A stretch of DNA of 64,000 bases from Lama guanicoe (Eukaryota). The number at the start of each line of letters is the position of its first letter. Positions within the stretch are counted from its first letter, which is position 1. This document shows, piece after piece, positions 52,530-64,000 of this stretch. The position numbers and the translations under genes were made by a program. Below the pieces are notes generated by a model. It had not been told where the DNA came from and did not search any database. It saw only the letters and a list, made by a program, of their open reading frames with translations. The stretch spans positions 3,349,374-3,413,373 of the forward strand of contig MU054220.1 of NCBI GenBank assembly GCA_013239625.1. Reading direction: 5' to 3'.

Positions 52530-53450
52530 CCCGCTATCGAGACGGAGCTGCAGGCCTGGCTTTGAGCCCCTGTTTGCCCGCTAACGCACAGTGTGACCTC
52601 GGAGAGCTCCTGTCCTTCTTGGACCGAAGTGTCCTCCTACGTAAAGCCCGAAGAACGGCCCGAGACGACCCTAAGGTTCCTCCTACCTGACCGGCTCCGG
52701 CTTGGGTTGGGGTGGGGGGTCGGTCACGTGCTGCTGGGGAGGGATGCTGGTTGACGCGGTGCGGAGTGCGGGCGCACCGGCCGGCCCCCGGTCCAGCCTC
52801 CGGCTCTGACGTCCTCGAGCCGCCCTCCCTGCCCGCCCCTCCGGCGGCGGGAGAGCGGCGAGCGCGCCCGGATCCCAGGCCGGGGAGGTGCGCGGCGGCG
52901 GGACGAGCCCAGCGCAGGAGCCGCGCGGCCGGCACCATGGTGCTGTCCGTGCCCGTGATCGCGCTGGGCGCCACGCTGGGCACGGCCACCAGCATCCTCG
53001 CGCTGTGCGGGGTCACCTGCCTGTGCCGGCACATGCACCCCAAGAAGGGGGTGCTGCAGCGGGACCGGGACCCGGATCCGGAGGAGGCTAGGCCCGGTGT
53101 GCTCCGGTCCGCCCAACAGGTGAGGAGGGCGGCTTCCCGGCCTCCGGGCCGGGCCGGGGTGGGTCTCCCGGGCGGTGCGGCGGGGGAGTGGGTGGGAGGG
53201 AACGGTCCTCGCTCTTCTCGGCGCGACGGAGCACGGCGGGGAGCAGGTTCCACGGACGCGCTTGGGGACCCGCCGAGGGGACCTGGAGGCCTGTGGGCAG
53301 AGGGTTTCGGAGACGATGACTGGGGGAGAGAGGCTGGGGGACAGGAGAGGAACGGACGGCGAGCCCTAAATGGGCGGGCACAGAGGGGAATGGGAAAGCG
53401 GACTTGGATAGGAATCGGGGCTGGGAGGAGGAGTAGGAGAGAAGGGCTGT
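52530..53450 (+). promoter_or_regulatory. SYT13: CpG island / SYT13 promoter and 5' UTR
   Basis: Abrupt rise in GC and CpG density. E-box GTCACGTG 52723-52730, CRE-like TGACGTC 52807-52813, GC box GCCCGCCCC 52831-52839, no obvious TATA box. Confidence 0.85.
52937..53119 (+). CDS. SYT13: Synaptotagmin-13, coding exon 1 (61 codons: N-terminal transmembrane segment, Cys cluster, start of linker)
   Basis: Translation MVLSVPVIALGATLGTATSILALCGVTCLCRHMHPKKG...SAQQ matches the SYT13 N-terminus as recalled. Strong Kozak context GGCACCATGG, donor CAACAG|GTGAGG after 53119 (phase 0), inside a CpG island. Confidence 0.95.
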
Positions 53451-55981
53451 GAGGGGCTGGAGGAGGGGGCTGTGAGGGTTAGGGGAGGCTGAGAGAGAAA
53501 TGGTGGAGAATGAGATGCTGGCAGAACTGGGGAGATGAGAAAGGGGAACTGTGAGAGGGAAGAGGGAGGAAGTATTGTGGGCTGGTGTAGGGAAAGCACT
53601 GCCAGAGCTGAGAAGGGGGAAATCCACCGAAATCCAGAGAGGAGGTGTCTGCTGTCGGGGCCGCTGGGGAGGGGGCAGGTGAATATGGGAGGGCCTGGAG
53701 GAGCCTCGCGCCCTCCCAGCAGCCGCCAGCTCCAGCCAGCCTGAGGGGGTGCTGCGACCTCCCCCAGGAGGTGTCTGGAGATGCCCCTGGAGACCGAGGG
53801 CTTTCATCCCATGCATTAGCTTGTCCCTGGAGCCTCTTTGGGCAGGAAGTGGGTGGTGTCCCCATTGTACAGTTCTGCTGAAGGGGTCCTGAAGGCCTGT
53901 GGGCAGGTTAGGAAGGACTGCCCTGCATGGGCTGTGAACCCAGGACACACTTCTAAAGTGGGGAGTACAAAATATTTTTTGGAGACCCGGGAGGAAAAGT
54001 CTGGCTCGAATGACTGCAGGAAGACAGGCCCTGGGGCAGGGGGTGACAGTGGCTTCCCAAGCCCCTCTGGATTCCTTACACAGCCTATATAATTCCAGGA
54101 GCAGAACATCCACAATGCTGTGACTCCACCTTCCTTGTGCCAATGAATTATTCAAAAGCTCTGAGGCCCGGTTGCTCGGGGCCTGTGTCAGTCACTGCAC
54201 AGTGAGGGTGGAAGGAAATGGCTGCTGTCCTTGAGGCACCTGCAATCCAAGAAAAGTGACATTGACACTGGCAGGAACAGGAGTCAGTTGGGCAGCGGGG
54301 TGTGGGCCTGGAACCATCTGCAGTGGGAGTGGTGGGCTCCCTGCTGGTGGGCACGGGGTTGGGGAGGGGCTGGGGGGTTAGCCCTTCTCTAGAAGTTGTG
54401 ACCTGCTGCCTGTCGGCCTCCTCCCCGATCCAGCACATTAAGAGATGGCTATTCTTCTGCCTTTCACAGTGGTGGCTTTTCAGGCATCGTCCCCTCCCCT
54501 TCCCAGAGAGAACCAAAGCGGAAGGTGTTGATGTAAATGACCTCTGGGATCCCTTCCAACTCTTTGACTTATTGATTTGATGACTAGTAGCCCACACAAT
54601 GGCCAATAATCTGTTAAAGACAAACTAGATTATGCCTCTCCCTGGCTTAAAACCCTCCACAACTTCTCACTGATCTTGGAACAAATCATAGCAAAACTCA
54701 TCATGGCACATACTCTGTGCCAGGCTCCGAGCTAAGTGCTCTCCACTTAATGCGTTGAACAACACCATGAAGGACATCTGTGATGATCCCAAGTTAAAGA
54801 TGGAGCAGCTAAGGCTCAGAGAGGGTGAGTGACTTGCCCAAGGCCACACAGCTGCAGAAACGTTAGAGCCAGATTCTGGCCACGCTAGTCTGGTTCTGGT
54901 GTCCATGCTATGAGCTACTCCACTCCATTCCCCGGCCATCTCCATGCGGCAGGTGTTTGCCTCTCCCACCCAGATGATGCCCCTTCCCCACTTCCTGGGA
55001 AGTTTCAGCTTCCCTGGAGTTTTGACACCAACCCCTCCCGTTGGCCTCTGGCTTTCCACACAGATGGCTCCTTCTCATCCTTTAGGTCTCTTTTGGTTTG
55101 AATTTTACCTCTTCAGGGAGGATTTTGTTTACGGCCACATGCGACAAAACAACCTCCGCCTTCGCCTTCTCCATACTGTTCCTTTCCAATGGCTTCCTTC
55201 TTTCTGTAGCACATGTGACAATTGGATGTGATTTTTCGTATCTGCTTACTTGTCTAATATTTGTTCCCTGCACCTACTCTGTCTGGAATCTAGGAGGTGC
55301 CCAATAAGAAACTGTTGACAAATAAAGGCATCCTCATGTCCAGCTGTTGGGGATTATTGTCTGCATTATTTCTTCAAATATGGAGACATATACCATGCCT
55401 TTGCAGCCCAGGGCTTGCTCAGGAGGGGCACAGTAAACGTTTGTTGATGCTCGAGACCCATCCATTCACATCCCAGTAACATCTCAGTAATGAGGATTTG
55501 GGCACCTGGGCAAGCATGAGGGTGACGAAGTGAGAGCTCACCGTGTGGGTTTGGCTCCCATTGTGCTCTGGCTGATTCAGCTACTGACCCAGATAAAGTC
55601 CACAGAGAAAAGACAGTACTATTGATGATTGACGTTTCAAAAAAAGTAAAGGAAGTGGTGTTAGAGGTGGCAGCAGGGGGATGGGCATGGCGCACATTGA
55701 CAAAGAGGAGAGTCAGTTAAGAAAGGCTCCCTGAAGATGTTCCTTAAAGAGAGAGGGCCTGGAGGTGGGAGGAAGAGGGTTCTAGATTCCTGCAACCACT
55801 GAGAACTGGGATGTCTGTGGGATACAGAGTGACCACCCACGTCTCTGTAAGTCACTGGTTGTGGTTGCTGGAAAAATTCCTTGGATTAACAGGCCATCAG
55901 AATCTGATTTCTGGCCATGAATGGTTGGCTGAAGTTGAAGTTTGTAGTGATTTTGAGAAGAACTGACTCTGAATTTTCCCC

Positions 55982-56440
55982 TGGGGGTTCTTAACCTAAG
56001 GTCCACAGACCTCAACATGGGGTCTGTAGATAAAATGCAAGGGGTTCATGGTCTTGGAGAGGGAAAAATTATACCTTTATTTTCATTAACATCTACCTGA
56101 AACTTAGCATTTTCTGTAAATAGGAATATAAACAACACAGCACAGGAATATTGACAATAGCTCTGACTTGGTCCTCAAGGGAAATCACAGATAGGTTCAG
56201 AGCAGAGCACAGCTGCAGCAGATGCTTCGCAAGAGCTTTTAGGCTCATCTCTAATTCTAAATGATAGTACTTATTAAATCTCTGGCTAGATTCTATTATT
56301 TAATAAATGAATAAAGAGGCACATATAGCCATTTCCCTTGATTGATTTTATTGGATGTACTGTTATAGTCCTATGTCTTTTATTTGCTGCTCTTTCAAAC
56401 ATTCTGAGGACATACCCATAGGCTTCTCCAGGCAGCTGAA
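55982..56440. mobile_element. hAT-Charlie-type DNA transposon relic
   Basis: gggggttcttaacctaaggtccacagacc...gggaaaaattatacctttattttca. A related antisense fragment lies at ~3280-3357. Confidence 0.5.
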
Positions 56441-57314
56441 GGAATCTATCCGGAATCTTTGCTGAGTGCGAGGTGGGAGAGGGTGCAAGCCCGCAGTCAT
56501 CCGTCACTGTTCGTGCCTCTGGCTGGCTTCAACTCATAGTCCTTCTTGGCTTTTTTGAAATGCTCACCGTGGACCCTTTATCCTGCCTTCTTACACAGTC
56601 TCTCACCCTAACCTGCGTGCAGCCCTAGGGATTGCATGCGAGGGATTCAGCCTTACTACGCCGCCCGCTGGAGATCAACAGCATCACCCCGGACCGCCGT
56701 CCTTGTCCTCAGCCCAGCTTTGAAAGCTGGGTTATTATGCAGTGACGACCAGGCGGCTTGAGCAGGAGACAGAGCAGAGAAGCAGAACAGGGTGAATGGG
56801 GGTGTGTGTGTGTGTGTGCACGTGATCACCTTCACTTCACCGCTGCTGCTGCATCTATCAGTGCTCGGCAGCCAGGCCCATTAGTTCCTTCCCCTAGAAT
56901 TTCCTTTCCACGCTGTCTGCACAGGCTGCCACTCTCCGCATTTCTGGGTCCTTTCAGAGGAAGCCTTCGTTTTGGCTAACCTAAATCCCTACTTATCATG
57001 GAGTGGGGACCCTGTTCTCAGAAAGCTTTCGTTTCAGTGTCAGGTCTTCTCCCCACCTGGTGCTCACCTTGCTGTCCCCTACATCAGTCTTCTCAAGTGC
57101 ATCTCAGAGGTTTCTGGAACAACCCTGGTGCTGTCACCTTGAAGCTAATATGCGATCAAAGGCTTTATTCAAGTCACCTGGCCCCTCAGCAGTGGTCCCC
57201 AGGCCTCTTTATCCACATCTCCCAGCCCCCTCTGCCAATGCTACTTACTACCAACTGTAAACCCTACCCTCCTTCCAGCAGAGTTGAGAAGTGAAATGCC
57301 TTTTGACGCAACAC

Positions 57315-57630
57315 TGTCTTAGTTCATTAAAAATACCACAAAGTGGGTCACTTATAAACAACGACAATTTATTTCTCTTGGTGCTAGAGGCTGGAAAGCC
57401 CAGGATCAAAGATTCAGTGTCTGGTGAGGACCTGCTTCCTAGACTTTTGGCTGTAACCTCGCCTGGTGGAAAAGGGCGAGGGTGCTCTCTCCTGCCACTT
57501 TCCTAAGGGCACTGATCCCATTTATGATTAGGGCTCTGCCCTCATGACCTAACCACCCCCCCAAGCGCCGTCTCCTAATAGCATCACATGAATTTGCAGG
57601 GGAGGGGGATACAAGCATTCAGACTATAGC
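57315..57630 (-). mobile_element. MLT1A-like MaLR solo LTR
   Basis: tgtcttagtt...ttataaacaac...tttatttctc...gaggctggaaagcccaggatcaa...cattcagactatagca. Confidence 0.8.
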
Positions 57631-59538
57631 AAACACTAACAGATCAATCCTAAGTTTTTAAGAAATAATATAAATACAAGCTGTACTTTAATCAAACAAC
57701 ATATGTAGAGTGGAGTCTTTTTCCCTCCAAGATCAAGGAGTGTGTTTCGTTTTCCTTGTATCCCTGACAATATCTGGTGTGATACTGGGCACGTGATAAC
57801 CCATCAATGTATACTTTGAGTTAAATCACCATATGGTGGCATAGCACTGAATAAGAGAGGGAAGGTGCAAAGGGATGCACACAGTTAAGATGCCACAAGA
57901 TTTGAAATCAAATTTTCAAATTGAAAATTTAGGTCTGGGGTTTATACTGGGGGCAGGTAATGACTGGCACAGAGTAGGGGGAGCTTCTCGGCTTTTGTTT
58001 ATAAGCTCTACCTCTTGACATGGTCCTGGTGACACAGCTGTGTCCACTTTAAAAAAGAAAATTCATCCAGCTCTACACTTATGCTTCGTGTCCTTTTCTG
58101 AATGTAGTTATACTTCAGTAAAATTTTTATTAATATTTGTCATGTTGCAGTATCATGTTTGTGAACATTAATTTAGTATCAAGCCAGTATTTTTATTACC
58201 AGGAGGATCTGGGGGCTGTAATCAGGAGACATGGCCCTCTTTTTTTTGTGGTCCATTACACACCACCTCCAGGGCCCTGTCTGCTTTCTGCTGCTTCTCC
58301 TGCGGGCACCTCCTCCTTCAGACTAGGACCTGGAGAACATTAACGTGGTCTGATCAACCCTCCCGTCTGTTCTCCTCTTCCTTAGGCGACAGGAGCAACA
58401 TCCTCCCAGATCACTTGTCTACATACAGACTTGTCAGAGTGAGGATGGATCAGAGCCCAGAGGCTGCATTTCATCAGCTAAAAATTTCATTCATTAAAGG
58501 TTAATGAGCACATGCTAGGCACTGGGATACAGCAATAAAAAGACAGACATATGCTCTTCCTTGTACTTGGGGAGACAGACAATGAAGCCAGCAGTTGCCA
58601 TGAAGGTGTTACAGTGCCACCGTGATGGGGGTTGACGAGGGTGCCATGGGGAATCCTTAGGAGGAGTATCCCCACCTTCAGCCCAAAGAACGTTCTCCAG
58701 TTCTCACTGGCTGCTCTGCCGAGGTCTCCCCTGTACTTCAGTGATCACAGGAGGGCCAATGTGAATTGCTAACCCCACTCCTGGGACCGATTAGACTCTG
58801 GGCTGCTGTCAGGTATGACTTCCTTGGATTCTCAATCTTTTAAAAGGATTGATTTCTCAGCTGATCTCCTGGCTAGTAAATTCTCCTACTCATATAAACA
58901 AACAAACAACAAATGGATCTATTTCCATGGAGTGATAAATCACAGTGATAGGAGAGCTAACATTGATTGAGTTCTGTGTGCCAAACACTGTTCTAAGCTC
59001 TTTAACCACATTAATTTTATCCTCATAACAGCCCTATGAAATATGCATAATTATTATTTCCATTTTACACATGGGAAAAGTAAAACACACAACACTTAAG
59101 TACCTTATTTAGTGGCAGAGCTGGGAATCAAATTTAGAAAGTCTGGCTTCAGAGCTTATACCTCTAACCAATGACTGAAAATGAGCAGAAAAAACTTGTC
59201 AAAATCTTTCTTGAGCCACTGTGTTTCCCCAGATGTGGCTTAAAAGTGTCTCCAACATATGCATCTTTGCTGGTCAGCTTCAGGAACCTTTCCCAGAGCT
59301 TTGGGTGGTTTCACCACCTTGCATCCAACAAGCTTCAAGCCCTGGGTGCAGCCCTGCACCCTCCAGAGAAATTTACACAGTAAACATGTTTGGGCTGGTA
59401 GCTTAGCAACAGGGAAGACAGTATGAATTTTGCATCGAGAAATTAGCATAGATTATTTCAGGGAGATGAGGACACACCCGCTGGAAACACTAGATCCTTT
59501 GAGACGTAAGGTGGACCTTTGGTCTGTGCATCAATCAC

Positions 59539-59673
59539 CTTCTCTTTCTAGTTTCTTCTCTGGTACAGCATGTGGATAGTTTCGGTGCACCTTCTCAGTG
59601 ACAGGTCCCAGACCTGTCACATCTTCTCTTTCTAGTTTCTTCTCTGGTACAGCATGTGGATAGTTTCGGTGCA
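59539..59673. repeat. 51-bp exact direct repeat separated by a 33-bp hairpin-containing spacer
   Basis: Identical copies at 59539-59589 and 59623-59673. Confidence 0.95.
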
Positions 59674-60339
59674 TGGCTCTTCTCTTCATGGGACTGACGA
59701 TTCTCTAGCACCATTTGTCAGCAGAAAACATTGCTGCGTCTTCCGACATTTTTAGATTTTGAGATCCTGGCTCAGGTTGCTGTCAGGTACCAGGGTACAG
59801 GAAGAGGAACAGAGAGGCCGTCAGAGCATGATGGAAGAAATACCCAAATGGGAAATCAGAGGGGCTTATGGTAAAGGCAGAAGAAGGAGAGAGACTAGCA
59901 GGATGGGAAAGCAGCAGACCCGGAAGACAAAGAAAAGGGGATGAGTTAAAGAGTGACGGTACGCCCCAGCGGGAGAAATCAGAATACGTGTAGACGGTGC
60001 CTGTACCATCCATGCTATCTGACCTCCAATTTCCCGAAAACCAGTAAGAGTTCAGCTCCCACTTCATCTTTAGTGTTATCGCATTCACTACCTCCGGAAC
60101 TTATTTCTGCCAACAAGCATTTGGAGACACTGCTTTGAGGATGGAGAAGAACTTCATAGAAACAGGTTTTAAGAACTAAGGGGTTTTGCATGTCTGTGTC
60201 TGAATTGGCACACATACGCATACAAAGGTCTCCCTATAACCATTGGTTAAGAAATAATGAGCTAGTAGATAACTAAAGGAAAACAGATGAAAAAGGTAGA
60301 TCTATTCCTTTCTCCCATCTCCTCGCCTCCCTCCTTCCA

Positions 60340-60830
60340 TTACGTTTCCTGAGCACATACATGCACCTCGTACTGTGCCTGGGATGCACTAGTCACTGCA
60401 CTGACACTGTGTCTCAGCCCTCACGGGCTTACGTTGTAATGGGGGAGGCCAGAGTTAGGAGAAGAAGAGCACAAATAAATGAAAATGTGTGATGGTGGCA
60501 AGTGACCTGAAGAGAAAGTTTTAATGCTGTGAGAGTATTCAGGTGGAAATGACCCAGTCGAGAGATCAGGGAAGGCTTTCCTGGAGACAGAGATGGCCCA
60601 GCAGAGAGCTGGAGTTGGAGGGGAAGTGAACCAGTGCAGTGGGGAGGGGTGTGAGGGACGGCTTCAGACAGAGAAATGAGGCCGTGCAAAGGTCCTGGGA
60701 CAGGAGGCAGATTAACACTTAGGGGAGCCCAGGGAAAGGTCAGTGTGCCTGGAGAGCAGAGAGAAGGGGTGCCCAGTGTATGATGAGGCTGGGGAGGTGG
60801 ACAGGAGCCTGGACAAGCAACGCATTGTAG
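60340..60830 (-). mobile_element. L2 fragment
   Basis: tgagcacatacatgc...tcagggaaggctttcctggag...gtgcaaaggtcctgggacagga...gatgaggctggggaggtggacagg. Confidence 0.65.
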
Positions 60831-60949
60831 ACCGTGGACAGGTTCACACATTCATTTATTCAATCACGTATCACACATTTGCCCACATGAGGGGCGCTGA
60901 CCTATGTAATGACAATATGAAAGTTACAGTTATTTTCAAAGCTTTTTAA

Positions 60950-61705
60950 AAAAAATCGAGCTGAAATTCACATAAAATTAACTATTTTAAGGTGCACAAA
61001 TCATGGGCATTTTGTACATTCACAATGTTGTGCAATTACTACCTACATCTAGTCCTAAAACATTTTTATCACCCTTGAAGAAAACCCCACCCTCCTTACG
61101 CAGACACGCTCTGTTCATGTCTTCGCCTCCGGTCCCTGGCAATCACCAGTCTGTTTTCTGTCTTTATGCCTACGCCTATTCTGGACATTTCATATACTTG
61201 GAATTTTAAAATATGTGACCTTTTGTGTCTGGCTTCTTTCACTTAACATAGTGTTTTCAAGGTTCATCCATGCTGCAGGGTGTGTTAGTACTTTGTTTCT
61301 TTTTATGGCCAAATAATATTCCACTATATCTATATGACTCATTTTGTTTGTCCAGTCATTGATTGATGAACGTTTGGGGTGATTCTACCTTTTAGTTATT
61401 GGAATAGTGCTGTTATGTACCTTCCTGTACAGGTATTTGTTTGAGTACTTGTTGTCAATTCTTTCAAGTATATACTTAGGAGTAGAATTGTTGGGTCTGA
61501 TGGTAATTCTGTGTTTAACTTTTTGAGGACCCTCCAAACTGCTTTCCACAGCAGCTGCACCATTGACATTCCCACCAGCAAGGTACAAGGGCTCCAATTT
61601 CTTCACCTTCTTTCCAGCAGTTGTTAATTTCATTTTTTGTGGGGTTTTTTTGGTTTTTGATGCAGCCATCCTAGTGGATGCGAAGTCATATCTCATGGTG
61701 GTATT
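60950..61705 (-). mobile_element. L1 (L1MB-type) 3' end
   Basis: Antisense L1 3' UTR and ORF2 end (ttcacaatgttgtgcaa, ttcaaggttcatccatg, aacttttgaggaccctccaaactgctttccacagc). Confidence 0.85.
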
Positions 61706-64000
61706 TTCTAGGGTTTTAATTAAAAAATACAAATTCTTATTTAAAAAATTTTCATCAATATCTGGCAAGTTTTTAAGAAGCATTTCCTCTCTGTATTGAA
61801 TGCCCGTTACAGTGAATCCACATGGGCACAACTGGAAAAACATTTCATGGCTCCTGGATCTCACAAGAGGAGTGGAGTGTGTGGCAGTGCTGGCTCCTGG
61901 TTCTCCTGGCAAATCTGCATCTGCTACTCCATCCTTTAAATATGTTACATCTTATCACCATCACCTTTCTCACTCTTTACCCCAACCAGCTTTAGCCCCT
62001 CGTGGGTTCTAATCTGTATCACCCAGGTTCTTGGGGCCCCTACAAACCCAGGTCTAATTGAGGTGGTTACTATATTTCAGCATTATTTCTTCATGTTGGC
62101 ATTTCCAGGCCAGTGTGATGTCAGGAGGAGGAGCCTTGATCCCCTACGGTGTCAGTCCGCTGCACACACACAAACCTTTCCACCGAGGAGTTCCATAAGT
62201 GCTAATTAGGCAAAGGGCGTTTTAATTGATTCATATTATAGAAATTCCTGGGAGAGTTTTACACGGTGTTTAAGAGCGTTACTGTAATATACAGTGATAT
62301 TTTGGGAAGTTGATTGAGGTTTCAGGTAGACTTGGAATGCATTATAATTTTTTCCATTTAAAATAATGGAATATGAGTGACTACTTTCTGAAATTCACTA
62401 GGCAGCATGTTTCCATGAACAGATTAGAGTCAAATAATGAGGGGGTGGTTGCATATATGAATATGTGCATATGCATACATGAATGTGAATACATACAGTT
62501 ACATATATGAATAAGAGAAAAAGGGAGGAGCATCCAATGGGAATTCTGTGAAATTGACTCAATCCATCTGGCAGAGACTCTAGGGTACTTTGACATATTT
62601 CATTGACTACCTCCGGCCCTAGACTCATTAAGTTTAAGATGTACTTTTCCTTTATAGAAAAATTGAGCAGGCAGATAGCAAGAGGTGAGAAGAAATGTTG
62701 AATGACTGCATGAGTCAGCGGATGGATGGATAGATGAATGCGGAGGAGGGGATTCATGGGGCTGCCGCCTCTGCCTGCAGCCAAAATAAAAATCACAAGC
62801 ACAAGAGTGCAGGGGAAGACTCTGAGCTTGCGGAAGAATCCCTGTGCTCACCTTCAGTGACACAGCCAGGAATCAAGACAAGCCTGGAGGGTGTGGCAGC
62901 TTCACTTTCCACTGGTTTCCCTCCCTGCAAGTCTCTGTTCAGCGGCTAACATTGGAGACAGTTTTAAAAAATATTCTGCAGCAAAGGCCGATGAGAGAAT
63001 ACCCCGGAAGACCATGTTTTACTTGGAAAATCATTATAAGCCACACGGTTTTGGACTTGCTGCTCAGGGTGGCCTGATGAGAGGAATGTAAGTTACTGAG
63101 TCAGGATAGTGAAGACTCTGGTCTTCAAGTAGAATTAAGACTGATGTTTTGGAGAGGAGAGCATCTGAATGTGAAGGGAAGTTTGGGGAAAAGCCGTTTG
63201 GTTGGGCAACGAGAAGGCTTGATGGAAACAGCTGCAGAATGAAGCATAGGATGACTTCAGTGAGCTCGAAGCTCATTCTGTGTTCCAAATCCCCTCCTCC
63301 TTTCCCACAGGGCACCCCCACCCCAAGCATCTTAGAATGTGTTTCCGTTTCCAGCACAGTCAATCCACAAAGAACAGGCAAGCCAACGGGAGAGACATAC
63401 AGTGAAGGCAGTGATGGCATGTCAAGAGACGGAACTCCATGGGAAAATATCAACACGGTCTCGAGGGCTGTTAGGCACTTTCCTTGCAAATGCATCATCT
63501 AATAAACTTGTCTCTTACCACGAGAGTGGGATGGATCCTTTAAGCAGCAACACGACTGTCGCCCTTTGTGCAACAGTCTCCTTTCAAAGCTGGTAGAGAC
63601 AAAGAACGGGAAGGACAGGAGATTAGGTATCCCATGGGTAGCCACTGCATAGTAGACTTGCTTGATTTTGGATACCCACCAGAATTCATTTTAGGTAAGA
63701 ACAACCCAGTTTTTTGAGACCACTCAAAAGAGGAAATTGCCTCTTAGAAGGAAAATGTTCATTTCATGATCAAGCGGCTGAGATATGATAGGAAGTAAAT
63801 TAGACTTAGACCCCAAACCTGAATTTGAATTCAACCTCCACTGTTTTCCAGCTAAATGACCTTGATCATTCTGAATCACACTTTTCTCATCACCAAAGCA
63901 GAGGTGATAATAATGAGGTTCTCTACGATAATACTGAAGACTAAATGATATAATGCTGGGAAGCACGCAAGAGACTCAGCCCCTGGCTACCACCCAGAGT

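Larger units (their letters stand above)
53120..64000 (+). other. SYT13: SYT13 intron 1 (5' part; continues past window)
   Basis: Begins with GT donor at 53120. No recognisable synaptotagmin exon 2 or C2-domain peptide downstream in the window. Confidence 0.8.

Noticed and set aside
52712..53452. 246-aa ORF suggesting an N-terminally extended or intron-retaining SYT13, plus overlapping antisense ORFs (52534-53253, 53088-54155)
   Set aside because: Stop codons are rare in GC-rich CpG islands. Only 52937-53119 resembles SYT13, bounded by a strong Kozak ATG and a GT donor; the rest is low-complexity Gly/Arg/Pro/Ala.
59539..59673. CRISPR-like repeat-spacer-repeat
   Set aside because: Mammalian intron, only two repeats, the hairpin is in the spacer rather than the repeat, and no cas genes.
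61385..61912. 175-aa ORF and many other 60-160 aa ORFs in the track
   Set aside because: They fall in degenerate L1/LTR sequence or lack recognisable domains, splice structure or coding bias.

Overview
Mammalian (non-prokaryotic) genomic DNA, most likely camelid judging from three short tRNA-derived SINEs resembling the camelid Vic-1 family. About 52.5 kb of repeat-rich intergenic DNA (L1, L2, MIR, MaLR/ERV LTRs, DNA transposon relics) precedes a CpG-island promoter and the first coding exon of SYT13 (synaptotagmin 13; + strand, ATG at 52937, splice donor after 53119). The last ~11 kb is SYT13 intron 1; exon 2 was not seen. The only other real coding remnant is the ORF2 C-terminus of a young 5'-truncated L1 near 696-1547; the other ORF-track entries look spurious or repeat-derived. 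I found no convincing novel gene system. The most notable observations are two independently inserted solo LTRs with a 194-bp perfectly identical core inside otherwise diverged sequence (apparent ectopic gene conversion), a 51-bp duplication around a perfect hairpin, an L1 with twin-priming inversion geometry, a strong CTCF motif and candidate FOX/HOX-CDX enhancer clusters. Repeat family names come from recall of consensus sequences, not a database search, and repeat boundaries are approximate unless a target-site duplication (TSD) is given.
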